From contig JBFKPQ010000003.1 in the NCBI GenBank assembly GCA_041628225.1, positions 1 through 44,480 on the forward strand: a DNA stretch of 44,480 nucleotides, read 5' to 3'. The position numbers and the translations under genes are program-made. The notes below the pieces were generated by a model that saw nothing but the letters and a program-made list of their open reading frames with translations, did not search any database and was not told the DNA's origin. Within the stretch, counting starts at the first letter, position 1; every line of letters begins with the position of its first letter. Source of the stretch: Acidimicrobiia bacterium (GTDB taxonomy: Bacteria > Actinomycetota > Acidimicrobiia > Spongiisociales > JAENVV01). This document shows positions 36,630 through 44,480 of the stretch, in pieces.

Positions 36630-38546
36630 GTGACCGCTGCCAATCCGAGCCATTACGACTCGTCCGACATCACCGTTCTCGAGGGTCTCGAGCCGGTTCG
36701 GAAGCGTCCCGGTATGTACATCGGGTCGACGGGTCCACGCGGCCTCCATCACCTCATCTGGGAGGTAGTCGACAACGCGGTCGACGAGGCGATGGCCGGC
36801 TACTGCGACCGGATCGAGGTGACCCTCCTGGCGGATGGAGGAGTCCGCGTCGTCGACAACGGTCGTGGGATTCCCGTCGACAAACACAAGTCCACCAAGC
36901 AGTCGGCTTTGACGACGGTGTTGACGACGTTGCACGCCGGCGGCAAGTTCGAATCCGGCGCGTACACCGTGTCCGGCGGGCTCCACGGTGTCGGTGTCTC
37001 CGTCGTGAATGCCCTGTCGACGCGCCTCGACGCCGAGGTTCGTCGTGACGGATACATCTGGACGCAGAGCTTCGAGCTCGGCGCCCCGATCGGCCCGGTG
37101 AAGAAGGGCAAAGAGGTCAAGAAGACGGGTACGTCCATCACGTTCTGGCCGTCGCCCAAGACTTTCACCGAGACGACCGACTTCAACTACACGACCGTTG
37201 CGTCACGCCTGCGCGAGATGGCCTTCTTGAACAAGGGCGTCGAGATCAAGCTGTTCGACGAGCGGGGCGAGGAGCCGGTGGAAGACGTCTTCTTGTACAA
37301 GCAGGGTCTCATCGACTTCGTGAAGCACCTCAACTCGTCCCGCGAGCCGGTGAATGGTCGCATCATCCACTTCGAGGACGAAGCCGACGACCACGAACTC
37401 GACATCGCGATGCAGTGGACGACCACCTACACCGAAACGGTGCTGACCTTCGCCAACAACATCAACACCCACGAGGGCGGGACACACGAAGAGGGCTTCC
37501 GCACCGCTCTGACCCGTGCGATCAACGAATTCGCCCGTGCGAAGGGAATTCTCAAGGACAAGGACGACAACTTCGGCGGCGAGGACGTCCGTGAGGGCCT
37601 GACGGCAGTCGTATCGGTGAAGGTGCGAGAACCCCAGTTCGAAGGCCAGACGAAGACGAAGCTCGGCAACACCGAGATCCGGTCGTTCGTGACCAAGTCG
37701 CTGAATCGGGTGCTGCCTGAGTGGCTGGAGCGCAACAGCACCGAGGGGCGCCGCATCGCCGACAAGTGCTTGCAGGCGCAGAAGGCACGGCAGGCGGCCC
37801 GCAAGGCCCGTGACCTGACCCGCCGGAAGACGGCGCTGGAGTCGGCGTCGCTGCCCGGAAAGCTCGCCGACTGCTCGTCGCGAAACGCCGACGAGTCGGA
37901 GCTCTTCATCGTCGAGGGCGACTCGGCTGCCGGACCGGCCAAGCAAGCGAGGAACTCCGAGTTTCAGGCCATTCTGCCCATCAGAGGCAAGATTCTGAAC
38001 GTGGAGAAGGCACGGCTGGCCAAGGCCCTTCAGAACCAGGAGGTCCAAGGCATCATCACCGCGATGGGTACCGGCATCGGCGACGACTTCGACATCGACA
38101 ACGCCCGGTATCACAAGGTGATCATGCTGGCCGACGCCGATGTTGACGGCGCGCACATCCGCACGTTGTTGCTCACGCTGTTCTTCCGCCATCTTCGGGG
38201 TCTCATCGAGGCCGGCTATGTGTACATCGCCGTCCCGCCGCTGTACCGCGTCAAGCTCGGCAAGGAAGTGCACTATCTGAAGGACGACGCAGCTCTCGAG
38301 GCGTTCAAGGCAGAACACCCGGGCCGCAAGATCTCGCCGAGCCGCTTCAAGGGTCTCGGTGAGATGAATGCCGACGAACTCTGGGAGTCGGCGATGGACC
38401 CCGCCACCCGCACGCTGGTGCGGGTCGAAATCGACGACGCAGCTCTCGCCAACGAAATGTTCGTGACGTTGATGGGTGACGACGTGGCGGCGCGCAAGAC
38501 ATACATCCAGCAGAACGCCAAAGACGTTCGCTTCCTCGACATCTAG
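36630..38546 (+). CDS. gyrB: DNA gyrase subunit B
   Basis: It has [18 protein letters not shown] and the Toprim motif VEGDSAAG. The GTG start follows AAGGAG. Confidence 0.97.
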   Translation: MTAANPSHYDSSDITVLEGLEPVRKRPGMYIGSTGPRGLHHLIWEVVDNAVDEAMAGYCDRIEVTLLADGGVRVVDNGRGIPVDKHKSTKQSALTTVLTTLHAGGKFESGAYTVSGGLHGVGVSVVNALSTRLDAEVRRDGYIWTQSFELGAPIGPVKKGKEVKKTGTSITFWPSPKTFTETTDFNYTTVASRLREMAFLNKGVEIKLFDERGEEPVEDVFLYKQGLIDFVKHLNSSREPVNGRIIHFEDEADDHELDIAMQWTTTYTETVLTFANNINTHEGGTHEEGFRTALTRAINEFARAKGILKDKDDNFGGEDVREGLTAVVSVKVREPQFEGQTKTKLGNTEIRSFVTKSLNRVLPEWLERNSTEGRRIADKCLQAQKARQAARKARDLTRRKTALESASLPGKLADCSSRNADESELFIVEGDSAAGPAKQARNSEFQAILPIRGKILNVEKARLAKALQNQEVQGIITAMGTGIGDDFDIDNARYHKVIMLADADVDGAHIRTLLLTLFFRHLRGLIEAGYVYIAVPPLYRVKLGKEVHYLKDDAALEAFKAEHPGRKISPSRFKGLGEMNADELWESAMDPATRTLVRVEIDDAALANEMFVTLMGDDVAARKTYIQQNAKDVRFLDI

Positions 38547-38555
38547 GAGCGGTAG

Positions 38556-40997
38556 GTGGCAGACGAAACCCTCGAACATCCCGAGGTTCCCGAGATCGAC
38601 ATCGAACGGGAGATCTCCTCCTCGTTCCTCGACTACGCGATGTCCGTCATCGTGTCGCGTGCGCTTCCCGACGTCCGCGACGGCTTGAAGCCGGTGCAGC
38701 GCCGCATCATCTACGCCATGTTCGAGAACGGCATGAACGCCGGCTCACCACATCGGAAGTCCGCAGCCGTGGTGGGCGATGTCATGGCGAAGTACCACCC
38801 GCACGGGAACGATGCGATCTACGACGCGCTCGTCCGGATGGGTCAAGACTTCAGCCTGCGCTATCCGCTCGTCGACCCGCAAGGGAACTTCGGCACTCCC
38901 GACGACCCGCCGGCCGCCATGCGGTACACGGAGTCGCGCCTGTCCGCACTCGCCGCCTACCTGCTGTCGGACATTCGCGAAGACACGGTCGACTGGATCG
39001 AAAACTACTCCGGTGAGTACCTCCAACCCGAAGTGCTGCCGGCTCGCTTCCCCAACCTGATCGTGAACGGCTCCCAGGGAATCGCGGTCGGGATGGCCAC
39101 CAACATGGCTCCCCACAACCTGGGTGAGGTCATCGATGCCGTGATGTACGCCATCGACAACCCGGATGCACCGGTCGAGGACTACCTGAAGATCGTCAAA
39201 GGCCCCGACTTTCCGACCGGCGCCTACATCGTCGGGACGCGCGGTGTGAAGGACGCTCTTCTGACGGGCCGCGGCTCCATCAAGATGCGCGCCGTCACCG
39301 ACGTGCAGGAGGTCCGGAAGGGCAAGACCGCCATCGTGGTGACGGAGTTGCCGTATCAGGTATCGGCTGACCGGGTGATCGCGAAGATCGCCGACCTCGT
39401 CAACGACAAGCGGATCCCCGGTATCACGGACATTCGCAACGAGTCCAGTTCGCGGGTGGGAACCCGGATCGTCATCGACCTCCGCAAGGACGCCGTCCCT
39501 CAGGTCGTTCTGAACCAGCTGTTCAAGCTGACCCAGCTCCAAGACACGTTTGGCGTGAACAACGTGGCCCTCGTGGACGGAGTGCCCCGTACCCTCAACA
39601 TCGCCGAGATGGTGGGGTATTACGTCGACCACCAGATGGAGGTCATCGAACGGCGGACGCAGTTCCGGCTCAAGAAGGCCAAGGACCGTGCTCACATCGT
39701 CGAAGGCCTCATCATCGCCGTCGACAACATCGACGAGGTCATCGCCATCATCCGGGGTTCCGACGACACGGAAGCGGCCCGCGACGCCCTCATGGCCCGG
39801 TTCGAGCTCTCGGAGGAACAGACCAAGGCGATCCTCGACATGCCGCTCCGCCGGCTCACCGCGCTCGAGGTCGACAAGCTCCGAACCGAATTCGCGGAAC
39901 TCATGGCCCTCATCGAGGAACTAGAGGCGATCCTCGCCGACCCACAGAAGCGCCGGGATCTCATCAAGGATGAACTGACGGAGATCCAGGACAAGTTCGG
40001 TGACACGCGCCGGAGTCGCATCGTTCCCGACGAAGGCGATCTTTCTCTCGAGGACCTGATCGCCGACGACGAGCTGATCATCTCGGTCACGCAGTCGGGC
40101 TACGTGAAGTCGGTTCCAGCCAGCACGTACCGGTCGCAGGGTCGTGGCGGACGAGGCGTGAAAGCAGCCGAGGTACGACAGGACGACGTGCTCACGCACC
40201 TGTTGCACACCACGGCGCACGCCTACTTGTTGTTCTTCACGAACAAGGGCAAGGTCCACCGCGCCAAGGCGCACCAGATCCCGCGTCAGTCCCGCACTGC
40301 CAAAGGCGTACTTGCCCAATCGGTCCTGCCGCTCGAACCCGACGAGCGTATCGAGTCGATCGTCGACACCAGGGACTACGAGACGGCGCGCTACCTGGTC
40401 ATGGCCACGAAGAATGGCGTCGTCAAGAAGACGCCATTCTCCGATTACGACTCACGCCAGTCGACGCTCATCGCCATCAAGCTCCAGGACAACGACGAAG
40501 TCGTGGCGGTGCGCACCACCAACGGCGAGAACGACCTCTTGTTGTTCACCGAGCAGGGGATGGGCATCCGGTTCGCAGAGACCGATCTGCGGCCGATGGG
40601 TCGCGCCACTCAGGGGGTGCGTGGCATCAGGCTGCGTGACGGCGATCGGGTGGTCGGCGCCGCCTCGAACACCGACGGAGACGAGGTGGTGATCCTCACC
40701 TCCGGCGGATACGGCAAACGCACACGGATGGAGGAGTTCCGTTCGCAGAAGCGCGGCGGCATCGGTGTCAAGGCCATCAAGCTGACCCGGGTCCGTGGTG
40801 TCATCGTCGGCGCCCGTGCCGTGAGCGCCGACATGGAGCTCTTTGTCATCTCGTCCGACGGCATCGCCATCCGGACTCCCGTCAAACAGATCAGCCGGCA
40901 GAAGCGAGAAGCGAGCGGCGTGAAGGTGATGAACGTCGGAGCCGACGAACACATCGCTGCCTTCGCCATCGTCATGCAGGAGGAGGACGAAGCGTGA
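38556..40997 (+). CDS. gyrA: DNA gyrase subunit A
   Basis: It has [24 protein letters not shown], the catalytic Tyr context [10 protein letters not shown], and a C-terminal beta-pinwheel repeat region. Confidence 0.97.
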   Translation: MADETLEHPEVPEIDIEREISSSFLDYAMSVIVSRALPDVRDGLKPVQRRIIYAMFENGMNAGSPHRKSAAVVGDVMAKYHPHGNDAIYDALVRMGQDFSLRYPLVDPQGNFGTPDDPPAAMRYTESRLSALAAYLLSDIREDTVDWIENYSGEYLQPEVLPARFPNLIVNGSQGIAVGMATNMAPHNLGEVIDAVMYAIDNPDAPVEDYLKIVKGPDFPTGAYIVGTRGVKDALLTGRGSIKMRAVTDVQEVRKGKTAIVVTELPYQVSADRVIAKIADLVNDKRIPGITDIRNESSSRVGTRIVIDLRKDAVPQVVLNQLFKLTQLQDTFGVNNVALVDGVPRTLNIAEMVGYYVDHQMEVIERRTQFRLKKAKDRAHIVEGLIIAVDNIDEVIAIIRGSDDTEAARDALMARFELSEEQTKAILDMPLRRLTALEVDKLRTEFAELMALIEELEAILADPQKRRDLIKDELTEIQDKFGDTRRSRIVPDEGDLSLEDLIADDELIISVTQSGYVKSVPASTYRSQGRGGRGVKAAEVRQDDVLTHLLHTTAHAYLLFFTNKGKVHRAKAHQIPRQSRTAKGVLAQSVLPLEPDERIESIVDTRDYETARYLVMATKNGVVKKTPFSDYDSRQSTLIAIKLQDNDEVVAVRTTNGENDLLLFTEQGMGIRFAETDLRPMGRATQGVRGIRLRDGDRVVGAASNTDGDEVVILTSGGYGKRTRMEEFRSQKRGGIGVKAIKLTRVRGVIVGARAVSADMELFVISSDGIAIRTPVKQISRQKREASGVKVMNVGADEHIAAFAIVMQEEDEA

Positions 40998-41103
40998 GCC
41001 GGGAACCGATCCGGCCAAGGCGACGTTGTGCTTGCTGTGCGGTCGGTGGTCTTGGCGCGACCGGCAGGTACACTCGACCCGACCCGGTAAGGAGTTGACG
41101 CAG

Positions 41104-41655
41104 ATGGCGTCAGTCAGACGAGTCCGGCGGATCATCCGCAAGATAGATCCGTGGACAGTCCTCAAAGTCTCGTTCGTGTTCTACGCGGTGATGGCACTCG
41201 GCCTCGTGCTCGGCGCGATCATCTTCTGGTCGTTCGTATCGGCGGCCGGATACCCGGATTCGATCGAGAACTTCCTCGCCGGTATCTCCATTTGGGACGC
41301 AGGCGAATCGCCGCTGGTGCCCGAGAACGAGTTCTTGTTCCGGCTCGTCGTGTTCTTGTGTGTGGCGTGGACCGTGCTCATGACGGGACTCACCACCCTG
41401 GCAGCCGTGATGTACAACCTCATCTCGGACATCGTTGGCGGTCTCGAGGTGGTCGTGCTCGAAGAGACGATGAACGTCCCACAGGCGGCCGCGCCGGTTC
41501 GACCGGTTCGCCAGGTGCAATCTTGGCAGACACCACCCCCCGCCTCGAAGACGCCCGAGCCCTCCACGGACACCGACGAGAAACTCGACCAGGTCGACCT
41601 GCCCACGGAGGTCAGTCCCAGGGTCACCTCGACAGCCTCGCAGCAAGGCTCCTAG
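41104..41655 (+). CDS. DUF3566 membrane protein (Rv0007 position)
   Basis: I place the start at ATG 41104, which follows AAGGAG. The motif IDPWTVLKVSFVFY and the TM helices are typical, and the C-terminal tail is low-complexity. Confidence 0.8.
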   Translation: MASVRRVRRIIRKIDPWTVLKVSFVFYAVMALGLVLGAIIFWSFVSAAGYPDSIENFLAGISIWDAGESPLVPENEFLFRLVVFLCVAWTVLMTGLTTLAAVMYNLISDIVGGLEVVVLEETMNVPQAAAPVRPVRQVQSWQTPPPASKTPEPSTDTDEKLDQVDLPTEVSPRVTSTASQQGS

Positions 41656-42260
41656 CCAGCCGCTTCGGCGACGACCACACCCAGCCACGTGATCGCTTCG
41701 AAATAGGCGACCGCCACGTCCTTCGGCTCGACGACACGGCCATCCCGATCGGGCATGGCCAGTACTCCGGCCGCCAAACACGCTGCGGCCAAGAAGTCCG
41801 GCTCGTCGAGCACCGCCAAGCGGCCGCCGTCGGCGAGATCTATCACCGCAGCAGCCAACACGTGGCCGGACCGAGCCTGCAGCACACCGTCGTCGCTGCG
41901 CACGGCGTAGCGTCGCCCGATCGGCGACGGATAATCGACCTTGATGCGGCCCGAACGCCCCCCGGGTAGAGCGGTAGCCAACCGCGCGACCCTCGAACCC
42001 ACCGCCTCGGCGAGTGCGTCGGCCAACCCGTCGAGCGACGCCCGATGCAGGCCAGGAACCGTCTGACGTCCGGCACTGACGACCTGAGCACCGCGCGACG
42101 CCGCAATGGCAGCTTCGTCACCTGCCTCGATCACCACGTAGATGTCGGCCTGACGGGTGGACTCGGCCCAATAACCGACCGAGTCGACGCGGGGATGCGC
42201 CTGAATGACCTTGCCGACCCGACGAAGCAGCGGCTCGTTCGGGGCGAGCGCGATGTTCAC
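41652..42260 (-). CDS. hypothetical protein
   Basis: 202 aa from GTG 42260, which overlaps the stop of the small upstream ORF (GTGA). Composition is coding-like and I recognise no motif. The 385-aa tracked ORF is a read-through artefact upstream of this start. Confidence 0.5.
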   Translation of the reverse strand: MNIALAPNEPLLRRVGKVIQAHPRVDSVGYWAESTRQADIYVVIEAGDEAAIAASRGAQVVSAGRQTVPGLHRASLDGLADALAEAVGSRVARLATALPGGRSGRIKVDYPSPIGRRYAVRSDDGVLQARSGHVLAAAVIDLADGGRLAVLDEPDFLAAACLAAGVLAMPDRDGRVVEPKDVAVAYFEAITWLGVVVAEAAG

Positions 42261-42406
42261 TCGGAGCGGTCTCCGTAGGGGCGCAACGGATCGACCGGCT
42301 TCCAGATGCCGTCGGGCGTGGTCGCATCGAGCTTGCGTTGTTTCTGCATCACGGCGGCCACGGCCGCCGCAATGGCTCCAAAAAAGAACAGTTTCTTGAG
42401 CTTCAT
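42257..42406 (-). CDS. small membrane protein (49 aa), possibly DLW-39-like
   Basis: My hand translation gives MKLKKLFFFGAIAAAVAAVMQKQRKLDATTPDGIWKPVDPLRPYGDRSE. It has an N-terminal TM helix and its stop is coupled (GTGA) to the next gene. It is missing from the ORF track because it is under 60 aa. Confidence 0.6.
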   Translation of the reverse strand: MKLKKLFFFGAIAAAVAAVMQKQRKLDATTPDGIWKPVDPLRPYGDRSE

Positions 42407-42614
42407 GTCGCGATTCTACGCGTCCGCGCACCGTGTGGGCCGAGTGTCCAAAAATGGGTCCGGCGACCCATGGCCCCTCACGCTGAGTGGGGTTATGGTC
42501 GAAGCACGAGTACGGCACTCGGACACGTTGATGAGGAGATTGAGCTCGCAGCTCTGCTGGCTCTTCCCACAGTCCCCTCCCTACAACGTCCGGGTCGTAC
42601 GCCAGGGGAGTGAG

Positions 42615-42635
42615 CCCGGGTCCATGCGACCCGGG
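42615..42635. terminator. GC hairpin after the 42644-43072 gene
   Basis: CCCGGGTC-CATGC-GACCCGGG. A TTT run follows on the plus strand only; on the minus strand the hairpin has no U-tract. Confidence 0.3.
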
Positions 42636-42643
42636 TTTCACAT

Positions 42644-43072
42644 TCACACCCGTTCCTGCCACAACTCCGATGAGATGGTCGTCTTCTCGCATGCGGCTCT
42701 GAACGTGCTGTGCGCCTCGACGTCCGCGACGAACCGATCCCAGTCTTCTCCCGAGAAGAACCAGGTACTCCACGATTCGCCCGATTCCGGGTCGAAGGTG
42801 AGCTCGCACTGCAGCTGCTCGTAGTAAGCGTGTCCGCCGTTCGGATCGAGTCGCTCGAACTGGCGTGTGAGCCCGACCGTGAAGAGCGGAACGCCGCTGA
42901 AACTGTATGTGCCGGCCTGGAACAACACCCCGTCGGAAGCCGTGTCGGTGACGGGCCGTCTCGCGAAGTCACAGAACACACGCCAGGCGGTTGCCATCGA
43001 CAAAGCCGGCGTCCCCACACCATGGGGTGCCAGGATCGCGTGCAGCTCCGCTTCGGCTTCTGCGATACGCAC
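42644..43072 (-). CDS. hypothetical protein
   Basis: 142-aa ORF with coding-like codon bias and no motif I recognise. Confidence 0.5.
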   Translation of the reverse strand: MRIAEAEAELHAILAPHGVGTPALSMATAWRVFCDFARRPVTDTASDGVLFQAGTYSFSGVPLFTVGLTRQFERLDPNGGHAYYEQLQCELTFDPESGESWSTWFFSGEDWDRFVADVEAHSTFRAACEKTTISSELWQERV

Positions 43073-43188
43073 GGTTGAACGCTACCGAGCGCGTGAGGAT
43101 TCGTCCGACAGAGTTGGAGTGCCACCAGACGGGTTCCAGAGCTGGATCGGTCGCAAGGGAACCCTGGGGTGGCGCGCGGTGCAGTGGG

Positions 43189-43263
43189 TGGGCCTACCTG
43201 GATTTGAACCAGGGACCTCTTCCTTATCAGGGAAGCGCTCTAACCAAGCTGAGCTATAGGCCC
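43189..43263 (-). tRNA. tRNA-Ile (anticodon GAT)
   Basis: The minus strand folds as a cloverleaf: GGGCCTA TA GCTC AGCTTGGTTA GAGC G CTTCC CTGATAA GGAAG AGGTC CCTGG TTCAAAT CCAGG TAGGCCC A. CCA is not encoded. Confidence 0.95.
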
Positions 43264-43355
43264 GTGCGGAGCGGGATTGTATCAGGCGCCCCGGAACGAC
43301 ACCAAGGCGAAACAACTGCGCCGACCGGACGTGCCCAACCAACCGGTGTGGCAAG

Positions 43356-43952
43356 GTGATGGGCATGGACGCACACGATTGGGACGAGCGGTACCGAACC
43401 AAACCGCTGGTCTGGAGCGCCGAACCCAACCAGTTCCTCCGTGAACGAATCGCCGGCCTACCAGTCGGTCGTGCGCTCGATCTCGCCACCGGCGAAGGCC
43501 GGAACGCTCTGTGGCTCGCCTCACAGGGATGGGACGTCACCGCCGTGGACTTCTCGCCCGTCGGGCTCGACAAAGCCAGGGCGTTGGCCGCCCACCAGAA
43601 CCTCGATGTCGACTGGGTACTCGCCGATCTCACCACCTGGAAACCGCCGGACCGGTACGACCTCGTCCTCGTGTTCTACCTCCACGTGCCCGGCGAACAC
43701 CTCGCGAGGATCCACACCACGGCCGCCGCCGCCGTGGCACCCGGAGGACGCCTCATCATCGTCGGACACGACCTCGACAACCTCACCCACGGATCCGGCG
43801 GACCCCAATCACCCGACGTGCTCCACACCGTAGACTCGCTCACCGCCGCGGCCGCCGACCTCGACGTCATCGAAGCGCGCCAGGTCGAACGCCCCACCGA
43901 AGCCGGCACCGCCCTCGACACCATCCTCGTTGCCGACCGTTCCGAAACCTGA
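43356..43952 (+). CDS. class I SAM-dependent methyltransferase
   Basis: It has motif I ALDLATGEGRNALWLA followed by WDVTAVDFS, in 198 aa. Confidence 0.82.
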   Translation: MMGMDAHDWDERYRTKPLVWSAEPNQFLRERIAGLPVGRALDLATGEGRNALWLASQGWDVTAVDFSPVGLDKARALAAHQNLDVDWVLADLTTWKPPDRYDLVLVFYLHVPGEHLARIHTTAAAAVAPGGRLIIVGHDLDNLTHGSGGPQSPDVLHTVDSLTAAAADLDVIEARQVERPTEAGTALDTILVADRSET

Positions 43953-43972
43953 CGTACAATGGCGCCCCATAT

Positions 43973-44045
43973 GGGGCTGTAGCTCAGTTGGCAGAGCACC
44001 TGGTTTGCAACCAGGGGGTCAGGGGTTCAAATCCCCTCAGCTCCA
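43973..44045 (+). tRNA. tRNA-Ala (anticodon TGC)
   Basis: It folds as GGGGCTG TA GCTC AGTTGGCA GAGC A CCTGG TTTGCAA CCAGG GGGTC AGGGG TTCAAAT CCCCT CAGCTCC A. The G3:U70 Ala identity pair is present. CCA is not encoded. Confidence 0.95.
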
Positions 44046-44431
44046 CTGAGAACCGAAACGAACCCCGGCCGACGGCCGGGGTTTCGTCTCGGCTTCCCGG
44101 CAAAGCCGGGAAGGAACCATCCCTGAGGACGCCCGATGGGGCGTCCGGGGTTCGCGGTCACATGGGGCGGGCCCTTCGGTCCCGCCGTGCAGTTCGCTTC
44201 GCGAACTGCGGACGGACTGCGAAGCAGTCCGCCTCAGCTCCACGGAGAACCGAATCGAACCCCAGCCGACGGCCGGGGTTTCGTCTCGGCTTCCCGGCAA
44301 AAGCCGGGAAGGAACTATCCCTGAGGACGGCCCTTCGGGACCGTCCGGGGTTCGCGGTCACATGGGGCGGGCCCTTCGGTCCCGCCGTGCAGTTCGCTTC
44401 GCGAACTGCGGACGGACTGCGAAGCAGTCCG
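44035..44431 (+). repeat. tandem direct repeat, two units of 197 and 200 nt, each a string of six GC-rich hairpins
   Basis: Unit 1 spans 44035-44231 and unit 2 spans 44232-44431. Both begin with CCTCAGCTCCA. The last ~85 nt of each unit (44147-44231 and 44347-44431) are identical. Confidence 0.85.
44061..44083 (+). terminator. probable intrinsic terminator of tRNA-Ala (hairpin 1 of the repeat unit)
   Basis: AACCCCGGCC-GAC-GGCCGGGGTT is followed by TCGTCTC (a short T run). Confidence 0.45.
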
Positions 44432-44480
44432 CCTCGGTGCCGACGAAGCCGTGGTTTCTCGTGTCCGATAGTCGCCCCGC

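Noticed and set aside
40998-41103. The weak hairpin GCCGG-N8-CCGGC after gyrA, considered as a terminator.
   Set aside because: The stem is short, the loop is large and there is no T-tract, so I cannot support it as a feature.
44037-44361. ORFs of 87, 62 and 67 aa on both strands within the terminal repeat.
   Set aside because: They are built from the duplicated hairpin modules, overlap each other on opposite strands, and show no coding periodicity. They are a by-product of the tandem repeat.
44035-44431. The possibility that the terminal repeats are a CRISPR array.
   Set aside because: The period is about 200 nt and the whole unit is duplicated, so there is no alternation of short repeats with unique spacers. 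No cas genes are in the window.
43973-44480. An integrative element at tRNA-Ala, with the duplicated tRNA 3' end acting as attL/attR.
   Set aside because: The copy of the tRNA end is only 197 nt away and no integrase or cargo lies between the copies, so within this window it looks like a tandem duplication. An element further downstream cannot be excluded because the window ends.

Overview
This is a GC-rich, Actinomycetota-type chromosomal segment that spans the replication origin. Coding regions have G/C-dominated third codon positions, many GTG/TTG starts, and many 1-, 4- or 8-nt stop/start overlaps.

The conserved core, in coordinate order, is pcnA, an ECF sigma/anti-sigma pair, trxB, trxA, a cwlM-like gene, parB, parA, rsmG, two parS sites, jag, yidC, yidD, rnpA, rpmH, then dnaA, oriC, dnaN, recF, dciA (DUF721), gyrB, gyrA, a DUF3566 gene, and tRNA-Ile/tRNA-Ala. 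This is the same ori-proximal synteny known from Mycobacterium tuberculosis (Rv3907c to Rv0007). oriC lies between dnaA and dnaN. It has eight TCCAC-core DnaA boxes, a DnaA-trio-like (CTA)n tract and an AT-rich stretch. Gene orientation diverges at rpmH/dnaA.

The left half carries:
- a DUF1800/DUF1501 pair;
- two paralogous alpha/beta-hydrolase + class III nucleotidyl cyclase fusions (Rv1900c-like architecture);
- DUF885, S10 and M1 peptidase-type genes;
- a split arginine cluster, argCJB and argRGH, with AT-rich ARG-box-like palindromes over TATAAT boxes.

The lineage-specific parts that deserve a second look are:
1. A ~200-nt unit built of six GC hairpins, present as two tandem copies that begin inside the 3' end of tRNA-Ala and run close to the window edge.
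2. An HDAC-like gene plus an orphan pilT, lying divergent from a GNAT gene and a stand-alone MviN-type pseudokinase. That pair is translationally coupled to the ECF sigma operon, at the position where murJ/mviN sits in mycobacteria.
3. A cyclase gene and a small unknown gene occupying the argD/argF position of the arginine cluster.
4. A compact four-way-junction-like hairpin cluster at 1708-1810.
5. An unlisted 49-codon membrane ORF coupled to a downstream unknown gene.

I saw no CRISPR array, transposase, integrase or rRNA. All function calls rest on motifs read by eye. No database search was run.
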